Below are positions 13,757 to 25,719 of a DNA stretch of 64,000 nt, piece by piece. Location of the stretch: assembly GCA_964016885.1 (NCBI GenBank), contig OZ024744.1, positions 125,674,001-125,738,000 on the forward strand, written 5' to 3'. The DNA is from Eledone cirrhosa. Lineage: Eukaryota. Under the pieces are notes generated by a model, which worked only from the letters and a program-made list of their open reading frames with translations, was not told the origin of the DNA and ran no database searches. A program made the position numbers and the translations under genes. Within the stretch, counting starts at the first letter, position 1, and every line of letters starts with the position of its first letter.

Positions 13757-13870
13757 GGTCTGAGTTCAAATCACGCCGAGGTTAACTTTGCCTTTCATCC
13801 TTACGGGGTCGATAAAATAAAGCACCAGTAATGTACTGGGGTCGATTTAATCGACTTTCCCCTCCTCTGC
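13757..13870 (+). mobile_element. tRNA-derived SINE with Meta-like core
   Basis: B-box-like gagttcaaatc followed by gcctttcatccttacggggtcgataaaataaagcaccag. Confidence 0.75.
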
Positions 13871-13907
13871 CAAATGACACACACATGCATGGTTCGGGGG
13901 AACCTAC

Positions 13908-13953
<46 letters not shown>

Positions 13954-14832
13954 GTAGGTCCCTGGTTGAGTCGGTATTAACCACAGTAACTAAGGTACTC
14001 AATACATATTAGATATAGGTGTCTTTCTAATTGCTGGCCTTGTTCATAAGGTATACACAAGTATGATGTGTGTCTGTTTAACTGTACGTGTGAAAACATC
14101 GCGAAATTGCGCCTTTTAATATTTGAATATAAACAGTTAAAAAATTATTATTTTAGTAATTTTTAAATATCGATAATGTGTATATAAATATTAGAAATCA
14201 ATTTAATTAGTTCAGTAACATTACTCGGAGTTAAGATAAACCTTCATTTGAAGAAATTCGAGATTTGACCAAATAAATAGATTATGTGATCAATAAAAAA
14301 AATATGTATACGCGCTTGAACGACGGGTTGCAGACAGTCAGGCATACAGACACATATTTTAAAGCGTGCGACTTTAAAAGTCTTACTCTCTCTCTTTTTA
14401 GATAGATAGACTTAATTAAAGCAGTTTCACTCTCTCTATATTTCATCAGCTCTCTCTCTCTTAAATTGAAAGATTCATTAAGGCTGAAATAATCTAAACA
14501 GTAACATCATGTTTCGCCAGCTCTAGCTTGCGTCCAGAGATATACACACACATATATATATATTTTTTTTGTTATCGAGTTGAGCTTTGCCAAGCATAGA
14601 ATTCCAAATTTGACCATCTCCACTGAAAATGTTCGTGAAATAGTCTTTAAGAAGCAATTTAATTTTTTCCAACTGAAACTGTAAGTATTTTAAAATTTAT
14701 TTCAACATGGTCTTAAAAGATTGTTGGCTTTTTTTAAATTCATAACTATTTACTATGAAATATAAATTATTAAATCCAATTTATTTGATAACCATGATTT
14801 GATTTTATAATTACCTGAATCACGTTAACATG

Positions 14833-14873
<41 letters not shown>

Positions 14874-15132
14874 GTGTGTGTATATATATATATATATAAT
14901 AATTGTTTCTACGTTACGCAGTGTATTACTGGTACTGTATTTTACGATATTAAATATTAAATATTAACTATTAGATATTAAATATTAAATATTAGATATT
15001 AGATATTAAATATTAAATATTAAATATGATATCCCTGAAATATATATAATGAAATAAATATGGTTTTATAAATGTAATTTCCATTTGTTTAATATCAAAT
15101 ATATATATATATATATATGTATTTATGTATAT

Positions 15133-15183
<51 letters not shown>

Positions 15184-15409
15184 GCAGACACAGACACAGA
15201 ATATCGTATATATCACACACACACAATTAAGACTTGACGTGTTGCAGACAGCCAGACATACAGAGAGATATTTTAAAGCGTGCGACCTTACATTTCTTAC
15301 TCTTTCTCTTATCAAAAGAGAAAGAGTAATGCTAACACTTACGTCTACTTCACGCTCTCTTGAACCGTTACAGAAATTGCATCACATCTAATTATAACTT
15401 TGTACGTTT

Positions 15410-15935
<526 letters not shown>

Positions 15936-16019
15936 ATTTAAAAAATACTAATAATTTTTATATTTTATTATTATATACACACAAGTGAGTGTGTATATAA
16001 TATATGTATATATATATAT

Positions 16020-19000
16020 TTACAATAATAATTAATAATGAAATGATTGTGTACAGTGCTCAGGTGCACTACAACTCATCAAAGGTGCATGTATAGTACA
16101 TAGAATAATGTACAAATGTCAGGAAAATAAACAGTGCACACATGTGTGCATGTGTATGGAAGGGGCACATCAGGTGTAGTTTTGGCGTATTTCGGGAAGC
16201 ATGAGTGTCTTAAAGGATGCAGTGTCTCGGCAGCTAACAATTGACGCAGGCAGTTTGTTCCATGTTTCAGCAACTCTGAGCGTGAAAAAATGTCTGCGAA
16301 AGTCATGGGAGCTGTGCTGTTTTCTTATCTTGTAGGCATGTCCACGTGTGTTAGACACATGGAGATCAAAGAGGCGCTCAGGGTTGCAGTTGGCGAGATG
16401 GTTAAAAACTTTGTGGGTATTCACCAAGTCCACTGCCAGATGTCGGAGCTTCAATGAATCCATGCCCAGGGAAGCAAGGCGTTCAGAGTATGGTAGGTGT
16501 CTGATGGAGGGTATGCGCTTGGTTGCACGTCTCTGAACAGCTTCCAGGAGGTCAATGTTCCGAGCAAGATAGGGGTTCCAGACTGATGATGCGAATTCCA
16601 AGTGTGGTCGCACCATAGCTGTATACAGTTTTAAATAGATGGCTGGAGAGCGGCTAACAAAGGTCTTGCTGAGTGATGCCAAGACACCCTCGGCCTTCTT
16701 GACAATCTTAGAGACATGCTTTGTCCAACGCAAATCGTTGCCGACAGTAATGCCCAGGTCACGTTCACAAGAGGACTTTTTGATGTCAGTGTTGTGGAGG
16801 GAGTATGTGGACGCTGGATTTTTCCTTCCAAAATGCATGGTGGTACACTTGTCCACAGCCAGCTTCAGTTGCCAGTCTGTGATCCATTGCTGCATTGTGT
16901 CCAGGTCTGATTTTAGGAAAGAGTTGTAAATTTCAGGATCAGTCCTTTTGATTTCAAGGTACAGCTTGATGTCATCTGCATATTTTAGTACCGTGGCATT
17001 CTGTAAGTTGGCATCTATGTCATTAATATATGCCACAAACAAAAGAGGACCAAGAACAGATCCCTGTGGTACACCAGATGACATCTCATATGGTGAAGAA
17101 TGCTGTCCTAGAACCGTGACTACTTTCCTTCGGCTGAGAATGAAGGATTTCAGCCAGTCGAAAAGATCATCCCTCACACCCATTGCAGAGAGTTTTGCCA
17201 TAAGTCTTTTGTGTGGCACAGAATTAAAAGCCTTAGCAAAGTCAAGGTAAACAACATCCACCCATGAGCCGCTGTCAGTGATCCGGGTGATGTCCTCAAG
17301 GAACTCGATAAGCTGATCACAGCAGCTGGAGTTAGGGATAAATCCAAACTGTGAGGGCCGGATGAGGCTGTGAGAGCTCCAGAAGTTCCAAAGTGTTTCT
17401 CTGACACAGGATTCCATCAGTTTGGCCATACAGCTAGTAAGACTGACTGGACGATAGTTGACAGGTGACATGCGGTTGCCCTTTTTGAACAGGGGAATGA
17501 CACTGGCAGTTTTCCACTGCTCCGGAGTAGCACCATTGCTGAGACAGTATTGAAAGAAAAAAGAAAGCTGGCGCAAAAGGAAATCCCCGCCACGTTTGAG
17601 AAGCAGGTATGTCACACCATCAAGACCAGGGGAGGCATAGTTGCGCTTATTCTTAAGGTGACGTCGCAACATTGCAGGTGTAAATTCCATAGTTGTTATG
17701 GAATTTGATGTTAGAGATGGTGGAGATGGTACATTCTGGTTTTCAACAGTAAAAATACTTGCATAGCACTCAGCAATGAGTTCTGCGCATTCCTTGGGAT
17801 CGTCAGTGATCTGGCTTGTGTGGGGATTGCGAAGAGGACCAACTGGAGAGTGAGGTCTCTGCTTTGAATGAACATATTTCCAGAACACCTTACTGTCAGG
17901 ATTGGTTGCGATGCACTGTTCAAATTCAAGCACTGCCTTCTTTGTCACTTGCTTGAGATGGTTAGAAGATTTATTCCGCTTTTTTCTGTTGGCATCTGAT
18001 CTATGCAGTTTATATTCCCGTTCAGCGTTCCGACGTTCTTTCCTGGCAAGTCGGACTGCTGAAGTTTCCCAGATTGCACTTTTGGGGTGGTTATTTTTCC
18101 GCTTCCGTGGCACTGATGCTGCACACGCTATCCATATTGAGTCCAGGATGCTCTGGAGTATAGAGTTCACATCTCCAGAGTTATACATCTCATGCCAGTT
18201 TGGGCGCTGTAGCTCAGTGCAGTACAAGTTCCAATCCGCCCTCTTCCAATCAAAGCAAGCAGATTGGAGATGGCTCTGGTTTTTGTTGCTGCCCTCAAGT
18301 GCCAGATTGGCAATGATCATAGCATGATCAGAGTCGCCTAGAGGTTCCTCAGTAGTACAACTGATAACCACTTCAGGAGTAGTGGTGAAGATCAGGTCCA
18401 AAGTGTTGTCACCTCTTGTTGGAGAGGTGACTACTTGTGACCAGTTTGAGTCCAGCACTAGTTCAAGGAAATCGTTTGCACCCTGTGGCCAACGAAAGGT
18501 TTCCCAATCGATCTCAGGATGATTGAAGTCACCTGCAATAAACACATAAGTGGCTGTTTTCTTGGCAGCAACTCTGAGGATATCGCAAAGCTGTGTGTCC
18601 TGATGGTAGTTTGGGGGGCGATAAACAACACCAAGCAGAAGTGTTGACATGGTCATACGTATGTCACAGAAAAAAACTTCTTCCTGTGATTCGTTCAAAT
18701 CAACGCAAGGAATTACCGAAAAGTTTGAACGAACGTAGACCATCACACCACCACCACGGCGGTTAATGCGGTCCTTGCGGAAAAGGTTGTACCCAGTAAT
18801 GGTGAAAACCCCATCACAGAGTAAGGAATGTGCCCATGTTTCCGTGACTGTGATGAAGTCAGGGTCGATGCTTCTGACGTAGGATTCGAACAGATGTATC
18901 TTGTTGCATAAACTGCGAGCATTTAAGGACAACAATTTGTACCCTGCTCGCAGTCTATGATGGTGTGTAGAGGGTGGCAGGTTGTTCTGGTTTAGTTTCC

Positions 19001-19146
19001 CAGAGTTGTAGCAGTTTTTACATTGCCAGTTATTGTGGGTAGATCACACTCAGACCAGCTGGTATCTCTCTTCCACGTTTCACCCGCCTTGACAAACCTC
19101 CAGATCTGCCCATCATCACGCAGACTGAAACTTTCATCTTGTGCTG
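16020..19146 (-). mobile_element. 5'-truncated CR1/L2-group LINE (ORF1 C-terminal remnant, complete ORF2, 3' UTR with ATT-rich tail)
   Basis: ORF2 plus an upstream frame ending ..ATTLGN* at 18992; both ends lie in (TA)n-rich microsatellite. Confidence 0.9.
16170..18935 (-). CDS. LINE ORF2: APE endonuclease + reverse transcriptase, 921 aa, no ATG at start
   Basis: APE motifs LNARS, TETW, YRPP, GDFN, LDL, SDH; RT motifs NYRPVSLTS, QFGF, YLDFAKAF, GVPQGSVLGP, YADD, ERDLG; CR1-type C-terminus RPHLEFASSVWNP, VQRRATK, TRGH, WNKLP. Confidence 0.93.
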   Translation of the reverse strand: MLSLNARSLCNKIHLFESYVRSIDPDFITVTETWAHSLLCDGVFTITGYNLFRKDRINRRGGGVMVYVRSNFSVIPCVDLNESQEEVFFCDIRMTMSTLLLGVVYRPPNYHQDTQLCDILRVAAKKTATYVFIAGDFNHPEIDWETFRWPQGANDFLELVLDSNWSQVVTSPTRGDNTLDLIFTTTPEVVISCTTEEPLGDSDHAMIIANLALEGSNKNQSHLQSACFDWKRADWNLYCTELQRPNWHEMYNSGDVNSILQSILDSIWIACAASVPRKRKNNHPKSAIWETSAVRLARKERRNAEREYKLHRSDANRKKRNKSSNHLKQVTKKAVLEFEQCIATNPDSKVFWKYVHSKQRPHSPVGPLRNPHTSQITDDPKECAELIAECYASIFTVENQNVPSPPSLTSNSITTMEFTPAMLRRHLKNKRNYASPGLDGVTYLLLKRGGDFLLRQLSFFFQYCLSNGATPEQWKTASVIPLFKKGNRMSPVNYRPVSLTSCMAKLMESCVRETLWNFWSSHSLIRPSQFGFIPNSSCCDQLIEFLEDITRITDSGSWVDVVYLDFAKAFNSVPHKRLMAKLSAMGVRDDLFDWLKSFILSRRKVVTVLGQHSSPYEMSSGVPQGSVLGPLLFVAYINDIDANLQNATVLKYADDIKLYLEIKRTDPEIYNSFLKSDLDTMQQWITDWQLKLAVDKCTTMHFGRKNPASTYSLHNTDIKKSSCERDLGITVGNDLRWTKHVSKIVKKAEGVLASLSKTFVSRSPAIYLKLYTAMVRPHLEFASSVWNPYLARNIDLLEAVQRRATKRIPSIRHLPYSERLASLGMDSLKLRHLAVDLVNTHKVFNHLANCNPERLFDLHVSNTRGHAYKIRKQHSSHDFRRHFFTLRVAETWNKLPASIVSCRDTASFKTLMLPEIRQNYT

Positions 19147-19356
19147 TATATATATATATATACACACGTGTGTGTGTATTTATGTATATATATATATATA
19201 CACACACACGTGTGTGTGTATATATATATATATATACACACGTGTGTGTGTGTATATATATTTATATATATATACACACACGTGTGTGTATATATATATA
19301 TATATATACACGTGTGTGTGTATTTATATATATATATATATACACACACACGTGTG

Positions 19357-19389
<33 letters not shown>

Positions 19390-19774
19390 GTGTGTGTATA
19401 TATATATATCTGTCTCTCTCCCTGTCTCTCACTCTCCCTCTATCCCCCCTCTCTCTCTCTGTCTCTCCCCCCCCCTCTCTCTCTCTCTAGTAGTAGAGAG
19501 AGACAAAGAGAGAGAGATATAAACGTATAACCCTAACCAAACCCTAACCCAACCCTAACCCCAACCCTAACCCTAACCTAACCCTAACCCATCTCTCTCT
19601 CTCTCTCACCCCCTCTCTCTCTCTCTAGGAGTAGAGAGAGAGACAAAGAGAGAGAGAGATATAAACGTATAACCCTAACCCAACCCTAACCTCTCTCTCT
19701 CTTCTCTCTCTCTCTCTCCCCTCTCTCTCTCTATTCCCCCCTCTCTATTTCCCCCCCCCTCTCTCTCTAGTAGT

Positions 19775-19805
<31 letters not shown>

Positions 19806-19885
19806 TATAAACGTATAACCCTAACCCAACCCTAACCCTAACCCAACCCCAACCCTAACCCATCTCTCTCTCTCTCTCTCTCTCT
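19147..19885. repeat. Palindromic TA/CA/TG microsatellite followed by three (CT)n-TAG-(AG)n / (CCCTAA)n blocks
   Basis: Directly visible; gagagatataaacgtataaccctaacc recurs three times. Confidence 0.9.
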
Positions 19886-20019
19886 TTGTTTTTAACATTG
19901 TTTTGTTTTTCTTTTCTTTTCTTATTCAGATGACAAACGGCAGAGGATACAACAGAAGAAAAGAACAAAGATAATTATTATTATTATTGCTATTATTATT
20001 TGTTTTATTATAATCAAAA

Positions 20020-21060
20020 TATGCTGTTAGTTAGATCTGCATTGTGTACATTTTATATAATTTATGCCAGTTCCTTTTCTGCATATCGAACATGGCCATT
20101 TCCCTGACGGAATAGAGTTTTGTCCTCTTTCGTGACACAAAGTACAGCCAGCGGCATCATTGCGGACAGACTTAATCCCGAATTGCACTGACACACTGCC
20201 TCGCAATACGGAACACCGCACGTCTTTGATCTTCTTCCCGTCGATCAGCCTCCTTGCCATGCTAAGTACACCTGACGTCTAGCTTCTCTCTTAGCGGCGG
20301 CTTTATATTCTTCTCTACTCCCACTAATTTTCCAAGCATTCCATGCTAGCCTTTAGTCTCCAATGGCCCGATCTACCGTGCTGTCCCACCACCATGTCAC
20401 TCTCTGTCTGGTTGGAACTCTGATCCAGCCACAAGTTTAATCAGTAGCCTGCAATAAGTTGTCACATAAGAAAATCGAGTTCTCATGTATGTCATACGAC
20501 TGTGAATCGTCTTCTTTTTCGTCATACACATATTGAAGGGCTTTCCTAAATTTCTATTTTAGTGAAATCTCTTTTAGCTTCCAGACCTTTCTTTTTTCCA
20601 CATCTTCCTGTATGTCTCAATCATACCTGGAGCTGTCCAACATGACCATTGAAATCCCCTGCTAGCATAACGATGTCTCCGTCCTGTCATTGTGGCTGTT
20701 TGTAAAAATTGCTTGTAAATGAAGTCTTTCTTTTCTTTACCTAGCAGAAGCAATTAACACTAACCCAACTGTAACACTAACCCTAACACTAACTTATGCA
20801 GGCCTAGGTAAAGACAAGAAAGATAAAACAAGGAGTGATGCTTCTTGAATTTTGTGATGCAAGTGTTTTAACCATTTGCAAAACCAACTTCCACAAACCT
20901 GCCTCACTGCCGCCTAATAACCTACAAATCAGGCAAGCACAGAAGCCGGATTTCTCGGTAGTTAGGCAGCGAGACAGACAGATGGGGTGTGAAGTACCAG
21001 GGTGTGCCCCGGGGAGGAATGTTTCCCACAGCGTGGGTTGGTTGTTGGTGATGTCTCGGT
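20020..21060. mobile_element. Rearranged RTE fragments (minus-strand linker and zinc-finger pieces, plus-strand APE piece)
   Basis: SGKWPCSICRKG..IKCTQC on minus; LLEFCDA..LTICKTNFHKP on plus. Confidence 0.7.
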
Positions 21061-21439
21061 TATCTTGAGACGGAGTGAGACGTGCAGGAATACTCTCACG
21101 GAATCGCCAAATGAGGTTTATTTTTCAACATAGTCCCTGGAATGAAACAATGTGGTTATTAAGAAGAATTGAAATTAATGTAAGATTTCACAGATCTATG
21201 ATCAATCCTTCACAGTCAGCTTACAAAGTTTTCAGCCAAACCTTGTGTATTTCCAACATTTCAAACCCTATCTAGGACTACATTATCTAATGTACAGTAC
21301 AGTAGTTAGTATTAGTGGCTATCAGACATAGTGTATCTAAATGCAACATTTTTAACATTGTTTTTTTTTTCTTTTCTTTTCTTTTCTTATTCAGATGACA
21401 GACGGCAGAGGATACAATAGAAGAAAAGAACAATGATAA

Positions 21440-21859
21440 TTATTATTATTATTATTGTTGTTATTCCTTGAATCTCAGTCATTGATGTTGGTTAACTGGA
21501 AAGTCCGTTGGAATGAATATCAAGCCACTACCTGCAGCCTCAGATATTCAGGACGTATCGGAGGGTTCTTGCTGTTCCAAGCAAGCATGCCTTTTGAAGC
21601 GTTCCAAAAAGCGTGAAGGGGCCGATTTTCTTTAACCATCCCTGGAAACTTTTGGAGATGGACAAAAAACTGGAACACAATAGACCTGACCTGGTGGTTG
21701 TGGACAAAGAAAAAAGATCGTGTCTGATTGTGGATGTGGCCTGCCCGTTCAACACGAGAGTGCAAGAGAAGGAGAGGGAGAAAATTAACCGATACCAGGA
21801 CCTAAAGTGGGAGGTGAAAAGGATTTGGAACTTCCATGAAGTCAAAGTGATCCCGATTG

Positions 21860-21860
<1 letters not shown>
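21440..21860 (-). mobile_element. Dong/R4-type (RLE) non-LTR retrotransposon 3' end with inverted 5' segment, inserted in (TAT)n
   Basis: Plus 21658-21859 encodes HNRPDLVVVDK..LIVDVACP..EKINRYQDL..VIPI; minus 21655-21540 encodes SKSFQGWLKKIG..LQKACLLGTARTLRYVLNI*, followed by UTR and (AAT)n. Confidence 0.85.
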
Positions 21861-21900
<40 letters not shown>

Positions 21901-21929
21901 TATTATTTGTTTTATTATAATCAAAATAT

Positions 21930-22460
21930 GCTGTTAGTTAGATCTGCATTGTGTACATTTTATATAATTTATGCCAGTTCCTTTTCTACATATCGAACAT
22001 GGCCATTTCCCTGACGGAATAGAGTTTTGTCCTCTTTTCTACTCATCAACACTCATTCGTGACACAAAGTACAGCCAGCGGCATCATTGCGGACAGACTT
22101 AATCCTGATTTGCACTGACACACTGCCTCGCAATACGGAACACCGCACGTCTTTGATCTTCTTCCCGTCGATCAGCCTCCTTGCCATGCAAAGTACACCT
22201 GACGTCTAGCTTCTCTCTTAGCGGCGGCGGCTGTATATTCTTCTCTACTCCCACTAATTTTCCAAGCATTCCATGCTAGTCTTTAGTCTCCAATGGCCCG
22301 ATCTACAGTTTCTGTCTCAACTCGTCTATGCTTGGTCGTTCCCGCACATTGACATTGCACATCCAACGGAGCATGCTTGCTTCATTTCTCTCCAGCCGTC
22401 GCATGTCCTCTGCAGTTGCTGCCCGTGTCTCACTACCATGCAGCATCGCGCATCTAAACC
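21930..22460 (-). mobile_element. RTE fragments
   Basis: Paralog of 20020-20370 plus AMLHGSET..MRRLERNEASMLRWMC..ELRQKL. Confidence 0.75.
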
Positions 22461-22464
22461 TGGC

Positions 22465-23335
22465 CCTTACCCTAACCCCAACCTCTTTGGTTTTCGTTTT
22501 CTCGACGGCTAGCCGCATTTCGTGATCCGCCTTTCGATTGCGCTTCCGTCGCGGCAAAAGAATTGCCTTTCCAGACCGCCGTCGCCCGACCGGACCCATG
22601 ATAGAAGACGTTCGTTACCGTTGGAGCAACGCAAATTACTCCTCGGTTGACGCCAAAAACGAACGCCTTCCCGCCTCGCGCCGCCTTCTCCTCGCCGACC
22701 CTCGGCCTCGACGATTAGCCACTTTCCGTCACAGCAGTAGATACGCGTCCGTCGTAATAGCCGTCATTTTAACGCAGGAGAAACGCCTAATTGCCCTGCA
22801 CCGCGTTTGACGGCGATCTACGACGGCGACGATGCGCGCACTCTTCCTTGCTGCGACGAAGGTTTCGGCTTTTCGTCGTGGACCCGGTCAGGTCATGCCG
22901 CTGACCTCGCGTTACGGCGACGCGAGAAGACGTTCGTTACCGCTGGAGCAACGCAAATTACTCCTCGGTTGACGCCAAAAACGAACGCCTCGCGCCGCCG
23001 CTTCCTCCTCGGCCTCGACGATTAGCCGCTTTCCGTCACAGCAGTAGATACGCGTCCATCGTAATAGCCGTCATTTTAACGCAGGAGAAACGCCTTGACG
23101 ACGATATACGACGGGTCGACGACGCGCGCACTCTTTCTGCTGCGACGAAGGTTTTGGCTTTTCGTTGTGGACCCGGTCGGGTCATGCCTCTGACCTCGCG
23201 TTGCGTCGCCACCGCCGCGGCGGGCTTGGGTTTAGCCGTAGCTACCCTCGTTTTGCCAACGGCGACGCGAGAAGACGTTCGTTACCGCTGGAGCAACGCA
23301 AATTACTCCTCGGATGAGGCCAAAAACGAACGCTG
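22465..23335 (+). repeat. Orphan diverged copy of the rDNA spacer/ETS-like sequence with internal duplications
   Basis: Shares the 169-bp repeat and downstream motifs (cgtcacagcagtag, gtaatagccgtcattttaa, ggacccggtcaggtcatgcc) with 29435-30720; no 18S follows. Confidence 0.85.
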
Positions 23336-23412
23336 AAGAGATATTGTCCATGGATATCGGGAATTTTACCCGCCCTAGATAGATAGATAGATAGGGATGT
23401 ATGTATGTATGT

Positions 23413-23454
<42 letters not shown>

Positions 23455-23833
23455 GTATGTATCTTTCTCATTCTCTCTGTATGTATGTATGTATGTATAT
23501 ATATATAATTATATATTTATAGACATCCTGAAAGCTTTTTAAATGTCTGAGAGATTGGCTAAATATGTTTTGCAGGTATGACCAGTAAGAGAGAGGTAAG
23601 TTATTTCAAAACAATTCTTTGACCATTATTTTAAGGTACTATCTCAGTGTATTTTTAAATTGACCTCTTGATAGGATGAAATGACCTGTATAATTTTTTT
23701 CATATTTAGATGGAATAGAAGAAAAACAAGAAAAATGAAATGAATTCAAACAGAAAATATACACCAATGCCAATGGAGGTATGATTTCAGTTTAATCTTA
23801 ACCTAATGACCACTTTACAGAGTGTACTGGATA

Positions 23834-23902
<69 letters not shown>

Positions 23903-24369
23903 AGGAAGCTCCAACCGTTAAGGTTGTCTTTCCATTTATTAATATATTGTGTATTTACTCCACTAAACTGTTGAGTGCTTTATATCAGTTATAAAAAAAT
24001 TTCAGCTTGTTGAATCCCAAAATAGTTGTTGAAACAGCCACAGCTCAGCCGTCGGGGTCCTGAATATTTATCATATATATATACGTATGAGTGTGTGTGT
24101 TTTGAGAATTAATAATTATATAAACAAGTTTGTAATGAACAATTTATTTCTTATCAAAACTGTATAAACATGATATTATTTACAGTAAGAATAACAATAA
24201 TAATGATGGTTTCTAGTAAAGGTGGAAGGCCAGTAATTTGGGGGAGGGGAAAGTTGATTAAATCGAAGAGAGAAAGAAAGAAAAAACAGAACGGGAAGGA
24301 GAGGGGATGGCAAGAGGTCCGGTGTCGCAGGAGAGAGGGGAGGGTGGTTGAGCTTTGAGTCTAGGGCAA

Positions 24370-24840
24370 GAGGGCAGAAATGCTGCGCCCCACGGATAAG
24401 ACGGCAAAAATATTCTCGCGGACGATGGCCAGAGATACCCAATGCAACAACCACCCAACCTCGCGGTGTTCCCTCCTCAGATGGGCTGCTGACTCTCCGA
24501 TCTTTTGGAGGAGCTCGGCAGTACAAGGTCCAAGTACTCCTGGGGTCTCGACGTTGACTGGTGCAGAGAGGAAGTGGCCGGACAATCCTCGGTATTTGTT
24601 TATTTTACGTTCTTCTGCGAGGTGGGCTGCGATGCCGGGGTTTGTGACCGAAACGACTTGGAAACGAAGTTGTAGGCGGAGATTGTGTCGTAGCTGGTGG
24701 TGTCCCAGATGAGGGACCTACGTCCTTCGAATGGGAAGAGAGTGATTCCGTCGGGGCGCTTGCCATCTCCGGGACCTGTTGGCCCCAGTTGTGATGGGAA
24801 GCCAGCTGCGTCCAGGCTTCTTCTCAATATGTCGTTGACA
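24370..24840 (-). mobile_element. CRE-like (RLE) non-LTR retrotransposon C-terminal fragment, frameshifted
   Basis: DGKRPDGITLFPFEGRRSLIWDTT and VETPGVLG..VSLAIVRENIFAVL match the CRE-type restriction-like endonuclease pattern. Confidence 0.7.
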
Positions 24841-25139
24841 ACGACGTGTATCTATTCAATAATTATTTGAATATTGAAATTTTAGGTTTAACTACCTTTT
24901 AAACCAAATACATTAAGAAAGGCATGACCAACACCACATCATTTTTATTTCTATTTTGAAAGTAGGTTTATAAGTATTAAATTTCAGTAGATTCTTATAT
25001 CCTTCATGGTGGTCTGGTGGGAGATACGAGAGATGGTGGAGGTTCTGGTCTGGGGTTCAATCCTGCTCAGGAGATACTCTAAGGGGGTTCATACTAAACT
25101 TCTTCAGTGTTTCTTATCTCTAGAGACAAATATATATAC

Positions 25140-25285
25140 ATAAGGTAATCTGGTAAAGTTGTTAGAACATCACATAGAATTCTTTGTAGTATTTTTTCCA
25201 GTTCTTCAATCTGAGTTCAACTTTACTTTTCTTCCATTCGGGGTTGATAATAACGTACCAGTCAAATACTAGGGGTTAATTCTTC
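25140..25285 (+). mobile_element. Decayed Meta-type SINE
   Basis: ctgagttcaa..cttttcttccattcggggttgataa..gtaccagtc. Confidence 0.55.
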
Positions 25286-25393
25286 CTCTATATCTCTTTC
25301 TCACTCTCTGTCTGTTTTATTAAGACCTGGAGAGGTGATGTACTCTACCAGGTTTTATAATGAGTGATGGGGTCATACCTGCCTGCTACACCT

Positions 25394-25716
25394 CTGTGTA
25401 CTAAGTGTAGCATATTATATCCTTGTTCAGGGCCTTCCTGACATTACTGTGTACTAAGGGTAGCATTTTATATCCTTGTTCAGGGCCATCTTAACATTGC
25501 TGTGTACTAAGTGTAGCATATTATATCCTTGTTCGGGGCCTTCCTGACATTAGTGTGTACTGAGTGTAGATTTTAACATCCTTGTTCTGGGCCTTCCTAA
25601 CATTACTGTGTACTGAGTGTAGATTTTAACATCTTTGTTCAGAGCCTTCCTTACATTACTGTGTACTAAGTGTAGCATTTCATATACTTGTTCTGGGCCT
25701 TCCTAACGTTACTGTG
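25394..25716 (+). repeat. 53-bp minisatellite (~6 copies)
   Basis: ctgtgtactaagtgtagcatattatatccttgttcagggccttcctgacatta. Confidence 0.9.
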
Positions 25717-25719
25717 GAA

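Noticed and set aside
13757-13790. tRNA gene
   Set aside because: B-box-like motif only, no cloverleaf; it is a SINE head.
16348-18327. Plus-strand ORFs overlapping the LINE
   Set aside because: Antisense shadows of ORF2 with no independent support.
19530-19861. True chromosome end
   Set aside because: Short, degenerate, interstitial CCCTAA tracts mixed with CT/AG repeats.
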